From contig ACYB01000020.1 in assembly GCA_000175855.1 (NCBI GenBank), positions 1 through 32,000 of the forward strand: a stretch of 32,000 nt of DNA, given 5' to 3'. Under the pieces are notes generated by a model, which did not search any database, was not told the DNA's origin, and saw nothing but the letters and a program-made list of their open reading frames with translations. The DNA comes from Raphidiopsis brookii D9 (lineage in GTDB: Bacteria; Cyanobacteriota; Cyanobacteriia; Cyanobacteriales; Nostocaceae). Position 1 is the stretch's first letter, and each line of letters opens with the position of its first letter. Of this stretch, positions 27,366 to 32,000 are shown in pieces. Both the position numbers and the translations under genes were made by a program.

Positions 27366-29657
27366 ATGACCACCAGCACCATTGCTCCTGAGCAGGTTAA
27401 CCGCATAGTTTCCAATCAACACCATGATCCGTTCGAGGTACTAGGTTCACATCTTGTAGAACAAGAGGGTAAAAACATTTGGGCTGTACGTGCTTACCTA
27501 CCCAACGCCAGCGCAGTTTATGTAGTAGTTCCCCAAGAGCGTAAAGAATACGCCATGGAAAGGGTACATCATCCCCATTTTTTTGAATGCACTATTGAGA
27601 TCGAAGAACTTAATAACTACCAATTAAGAATTCAAGAAGGGGAACACGAGCGGGTAATTTATGATCCCTATGCTTTTCGTTCTCCCCGACTAACAAATTT
27701 TGATTTACATTTGTTTGGTGAGGGTAACCACCATCGCATTTATGAGAAATTGGGAGCGCACTTAACCGAAATAGATGGTATTAAGGGGGTCTATTTTGCC
27801 GTATGGGCACCTAGTGCTCGCAATGTTTCTCTCCTGGGGGATTTTAACCACTGGGATGGCCGTAAACACCAAATGCGCAAGGGACACACGGGAGTATGGG
27901 AATTATTTATTCCTGAATTGGGTCCTGGGGAACATTATAAATATGAAATCAAGAATTTTGACGGTCATATTTACGAAAAATCTGACCCCTACGGTTTTCA
28001 ACAGGAACCACGTCCGAAAACTGCATCTATTGTCACTGATTTGAATGCTTACCCCTGGGGTGATGAACAATGGATGGAGACAAGAAGAAACAGCGACCCT
28101 CTTGGGCAACCCATTTCCGTTTACGAAGTGCATTTGGGTTCTTGGTTACATGATGACAGTGCGAAACCAGCTAAGTTACCAGATGGAACAGAGGAACCAG
28201 TAGTTATTGCTTCTGAACTGAATCCAGGAGCGCGATTCCTTACCTACCGGGAGTTAGCAGCTAAACTGATTCCCTATGTGAAGGACTTGGGTTACACCCA
28301 CATAGAGTTATTACCTATTGCTGAACATCCATTTGATGGTTCCTGGGGTTATCAGGTTACTGGTTACTATGCTCCCACCTCCCGCTTTGGCACTCCCGGG
28401 GACTTTATGTATTTTGTTGACCAGTGTCATTTAAGTGGCATTGGTGTGCTTGTGGATTGGGTACCAGGTCATTTTCCTAAGGATGGTCATGGTTTAGCCT
28501 TCTTTGATGGTACTCATCTTTATGAACATGCTGATTCTCGTAAAGGTGAACATAAGGAATGGGGAACCTTGGTATTTAACTATTCCCGCAACGAGGTGAG
28601 AAATTTCCTAGTTGCTAATGCCTTGTTTTGGTTTGATAAGTACCACATTGATGGTATTAGGGTAGATGCTGTTGCTTCCATGCTTTATCTTGACTACTGT
28701 CGTAAAGATGGAGAATGGGTAGCAAATGAATATGGTGGTCGGGAAAACCTGGAAGCAGCTGATTTTCTCCGCCAAGTAAATTACAACATTTTTAGTCACT
28801 TCCCAGGGGTTCTATCTATTGCGGAGGAATCCACCTCTTGGCCCATGGTATCTTGGCCCACATACACTGGAGGTTTAGGTTTTAATCTCAAATGGAATAT
28901 GGGTTGGATGCACGACATGTTAGACTATTTCAGCATGGATCCCTGGTTCCGTCAATTCCACCAAAACAATGTCACTTTTAGCATGTGGTACAACCACAGT
29001 GAAAACTTTATGTTAGCACTGTCCCATGATGAAGTTGTCCATGGTAAGAGCAATATCATCGGTAAAATGCCCGGTGATAGATGGCAAAAGCTGGCCAATG
29101 TGCGCGCTTTATTTACGTATATGTTTGCACACCCTGGCAAGAAAACCATGTTTATGAGCATGGAGTTTGGTCAATGGAGTGAGTGGAATGTGTGGGCCGA
29201 TTTGGAGTGGGGTTTATTACAGTATGAACCTCATGAGCAGTTAAGAGGGTTCTTTAGGGAAATTAACAGTGTTTACCGTTCTGAACGTGCTTTATATAGT
29301 CAGGACTTTGCACAAGAGGGCTTTGAGTGGATTGACTGTAGTGATAATCGCCACAGTGTGGTTTCTTTTGTCCGTCGAGCTAAGGACTCGGATGAATTTG
29401 TAGTAGTAGTTTGCAACTTTACTCCCCAACCCCATTCCCACTATCGTATTGGTGTACCACAGAAGGGATTCTATACGGAACTATTTAATAGTGACGCACG
29501 TGAGTATGGTGGTAGCAATATGGGAAATTTAGGGGGTAAATGGACTGATGACTGGTCTTTACATAATCGTCCTTATTCTTTGGATTTGTGTTTACCACCC
29601 TTGGGGGTTTTAATTCTCAAGTTAGATAGAATCAAGACCTCTCAGTCCTTGGGTTAG
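27366..29657 (+). CDS. glgB: 1,4-alpha-glucan branching enzyme
   Basis: [30 protein letters not shown]...; GH13 motifs '[14 protein letters not shown]', '[15 protein letters not shown]', 'SIAEEST' and '[12 protein letters not shown]'. Confidence 0.97.
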   Translation: MTTSTIAPEQVNRIVSNQHHDPFEVLGSHLVEQEGKNIWAVRAYLPNASAVYVVVPQERKEYAMERVHHPHFFECTIEIEELNNYQLRIQEGEHERVIYDPYAFRSPRLTNFDLHLFGEGNHHRIYEKLGAHLTEIDGIKGVYFAVWAPSARNVSLLGDFNHWDGRKHQMRKGHTGVWELFIPELGPGEHYKYEIKNFDGHIYEKSDPYGFQQEPRPKTASIVTDLNAYPWGDEQWMETRRNSDPLGQPISVYEVHLGSWLHDDSAKPAKLPDGTEEPVVIASELNPGARFLTYRELAAKLIPYVKDLGYTHIELLPIAEHPFDGSWGYQVTGYYAPTSRFGTPGDFMYFVDQCHLSGIGVLVDWVPGHFPKDGHGLAFFDGTHLYEHADSRKGEHKEWGTLVFNYSRNEVRNFLVANALFWFDKYHIDGIRVDAVASMLYLDYCRKDGEWVANEYGGRENLEAADFLRQVNYNIFSHFPGVLSIAEESTSWPMVSWPTYTGGLGFNLKWNMGWMHDMLDYFSMDPWFRQFHQNNVTFSMWYNHSENFMLALSHDEVVHGKSNIIGKMPGDRWQKLANVRALFTYMFAHPGKKTMFMSMEFGQWSEWNVWADLEWGLLQYEPHEQLRGFFREINSVYRSERALYSQDFAQEGFEWIDCSDNRHSVVSFVRRAKDSDEFVVVVCNFTPQPHSHYRIGVPQKGFYTELFNSDAREYGGSNMGNLGGKWTDDWSLHNRPYSLDLCLPPLGVLILKLDRIKTSQSLG

Positions 29658-29705
29658 AACTGGTTGATGCTATGGGGGAACCATTCCCCCACTTATATTC
29701 ATTAA

Positions 29706-30425
29706 TCAAATTTTTAATTCGGCTAAACCCAAATAACTAACCCCTTGAGGAGAAACATCAAATCTACACGGCAAAACTTCTAAACCTACTTTTATTGCTT
29801 GTCTTAGTAACTGACCATAGAGTGGATCCGCACTATCTCCAGGAGCAAATTTCACACAGTCCCCTCGATTGATAAAGTACAACATCACCGCCCGATTTTT
29901 GGGTAATACTTCCATTAATTCTCTTAGATGCTTTTGTCCTCTGGTGGTTTCTGTGTCAGGAAATAATGCTAAACTACCCTGACTCCAAGTAGTGTTTTTT
30001 ATTTCTAAGTAAATTGGCATCTCATTTCCTGTTAGGTAAAAGTCCACTCGGCTTCTTTTCTCTTTTCCATAGACCACCTCTCCTTTAATTTGCTTGTACT
30101 CTCCTAGTTGTGGAAAGAGCTGTTTTTCTAAAGCTAGTTTGATTATGTTATTGGGTAAGTTGGTGTTTACACCAACCCATGTTGGTCCTGAATTATCCAC
30201 TTGAATCAATTCCAAGGTATAGGCTAATTTGCGCTGGGGATTATCAGTTTTGGACAACTGCACAGCACTGCCAATTTGAGAAACTCCAGTCATGGGTCCG
30301 GTGTTGGCGCAGTGCGCTGTGACTATTTCTCCAGATTCTAGTTCCACATCCACAAAAAATCGCTTGTACCTTTTTAGTAATTTTCCACAATATAATTGGT
30401 TGTATTGATAAAGATAATTGTTCAT
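29706..30425 (-). CDS. sfsA: Sugar fermentation stimulation protein homologue (SfsA)
   Basis: 239 aa. 'LLKRYKRFFVDVELESGEIVTAHCANTGPMTGVSQIGS', 'SRVDFYLTGNEMPIYLEIKNTTW', 'FPDTETTRGQKHLRELMEV'. Confidence 0.95.
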   Translation of the reverse strand: MNNYLYQYNQLYCGKLLKRYKRFFVDVELESGEIVTAHCANTGPMTGVSQIGSAVQLSKTDNPQRKLAYTLELIQVDNSGPTWVGVNTNLPNNIIKLALEKQLFPQLGEYKQIKGEVVYGKEKRSRVDFYLTGNEMPIYLEIKNTTWSQGSLALFPDTETTRGQKHLRELMEVLPKNRAVMLYFINRGDCVKFAPGDSADPLYGQLLRQAIKVGLEVLPCRFDVSPQGVSYLGLAELKI

Positions 30426-30464
30426 TGCAATATGTAGTTTATAAGTTCTGATGTTTTTGCGATG

Positions 30465-32000
30465 TTAGGGGGAAATCTCCCAAATATTAATCTTATTATC
30501 TTTTGTTCCACCCACCAAAGTTTTACCATCAGCACTTAAAACTAAGGATGTAACAATTTTAGTGGTTACCGGTAGGGCATAAATTTCTTCCTTTTTACTT
30601 ACATCCCATAATTTAATCATAGAAGAAATTTTATCAGAACAATCTAGGCAACTTTTGGCTCCACTAATCAGGGTTTTACCATCGGGACTGAAGATCACAG
30701 ATGTAACATTTTGTTTTTTACTGGCAAAAATCATCTCCTTATTCTTAATATCCCAAAACTTAATTTGGCGATCGCGACTGGTACTGACAAGTTTACTACT
30801 GTCCGGACTAAAAGTTAAAGATGTGACTGTTTGGGAAGTAGTATCTAATAGTGTGGTTGGTTTTTGCCCACTGGTTTGATTAATATTCCAGATTTTAATA
30901 GTCTTATCAAAACTTCCACTTGCTAGGGTGAACCCATCGGGACTAAGAGCTAAGGACCTAACCCAATAATTATGGTCTAGGAGAGTTTTTAAAAACTTTC
31001 CTGTTAATAGACTCCAAACTTTAATGGTTTTATCATCTCCCGCACTAACTAGAGTTTTGCTATCTTGACTAATAGCTAGTGCTTGAACTGAGTCCTGATG
31101 ACCAACTAGATTAAAAGTAAGTTTTTTTGTTTGTAAATTCCAAACTTTAATGGTTTTATCATCTCCCGCACTGACTAGGTTGTTGCCATCTGGACTAATG
31201 GCAAGAGCGTTGATATTTTGTGTATGTCCTGGTAGGGATATAATTTGTTTGCCTGTTTTGCTATTCCATAATTTAATTTCTTTGTGACCTGCACTGACAA
31301 TAGTATTACCATCTGGAGTAATAGCCACCACTGCTAGGGATTTATCTACTTGTGTTATGGTTTTGAATAAACTAACTTTGTTAGCTCTAATAGAGGAATT
31401 TCTCCTAGATATTTGTCCATACTTGGGACTGGTAGAAGATTTATTACTTGGCATTAATAAAGGCTTAAATTGAGAAAAAATGGCCGTTTGTATTTGACCT
31501 AAGTTCCTATATCCCAATCCCCCCACAACGGAAATTGTTACCAAAGTCAAAAATATATTTGGCAAAATAGTATCTTTAGATTTTTTATGTTTACCATTTT
31601 TAGGGTATATACCAGATTTTTCTGAACCGTAAATATTCTTTTTACTAAGGTCTTTTATAACTTCATCAGCAGATTGATAGCGATTTTTCAGATCTAGTTG
31701 TAATAGCTTATCTAAAATAATAATTAGCTCAACACTCCTAGAATTTTCTAGGCAATCCTGCCAATTCTTGACCCAACCATAACCATTTTCTATCCACAAT
31801 TGAAAGGGAGATAGACCAGTTAATAGATGAAAGCAAGTAGCACCCAAGCTAAATAAATCACTAGCTGGATAGGCTTTGCCATCTCTAATTTGCTCTATGG
31901 CAGAATAACCATGAGATCCAATAGAAGTACCATATTTTTTTTGAACTGCAGCTGTTAATCGTTTGGCAGAACCAAAGTCAATTAATATTAATCTTCCATC
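30465..32000 (-). CDS. Ser/Thr protein kinase with C-terminal WD40 propeller, 5' end cut by window edge
   Basis: The frame stays open to 32000. Manual translation upstream of the track start gives DGRLILIDFGSAKRLTAAVQKKYGTSIGSHGYSAIEQIRDGKAYPASDLFSLGATCFHLLTG, the kinase DFG and activation segment. A TM 'TILPNIFLTLVTISVVGGLGY' follows, then seven WD-like blades (IKLWN, IKVWN, IKVWS, IKIWN, IKFWD, IKLWD, INIWE). Confidence 0.92.
   Translation of the reverse strand, partial: DGRLILIDFGSAKRLTAAVQKKYGTSIGSHGYSAIEQIRDGKAYPASDLFSLGATCFHLLTGLSPFQLWIENGYGWVKNWQDCLENSRSVELIIILDKLLQLDLKNRYQSADEVIKDLSKKNIYGSEKSGIYPKNGKHKKSKDTILPNIFLTLVTISVVGGLGYRNLGQIQTAIFSQFKPLLMPSNKSSTSPKYGQISRRNSSIRANKVSLFKTITQVDKSLAVVAITPDGNTIVSAGHKEIKLWNSKTGKQIISLPGHTQNINALAISPDGNNLVSAGDDKTIKVWNLQTKKLTFNLVGHQDSVQALAISQDSKTLVSAGDDKTIKVWSLLTGKFLKTLLDHNYWVRSLALSPDGFTLASGSFDKTIKIWNINQTSGQKPTTLLDTTSQTVTSLTFSPDSSKLVSTSRDRQIKFWDIKNKEMIFASKKQNVTSVIFSPDGKTLISGAKSCLDCSDKISSMIKLWDVSKKEEIYALPVTTKIVTSLVLSADGKTLVGGTKDNKINIWEISP

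Overview
This window comes from a filamentous cyanobacterium. HIP1 octamers, the psaA/psaB pair and the gene families present support that. The core content is tab2-like, mtnA, psaB, psaA, glsA, recN, a ftsL-like ORF, ftsI/PBP2, tRNA-Gly(UCC), glgB and sfsA. The window edge cuts a Ser/Thr kinase-WD40 hybrid.

The accessory parts of most interest are:
(1) 258-4453: a compact same-strand three-gene module. It encodes a winged-helix-like protein, a large P-loop ATPase and an Mrr-like PD-(D/E)XK nuclease, and could be an unnamed defence system.
(2) 18641-22504: a DUF4145-like protein next to a TPR-CHAT protein. Both expected catalytic residues of the CHAT domain appear to be replaced.
(3) 12848-13198: a 66-bp coding tandem repeat whose second unit lacks one C and breaks the reading frame of a lipoprotein.
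(4) 14186-16613: a sensor kinase, a truncated response-regulator remnant and a truncated IS200/IS605 element.
(5) About 11478-11549: a promoter-like region upstream of psaA with an HLR1-like (RpaB) site.

All family calls were made by reading motifs. No database search was run.
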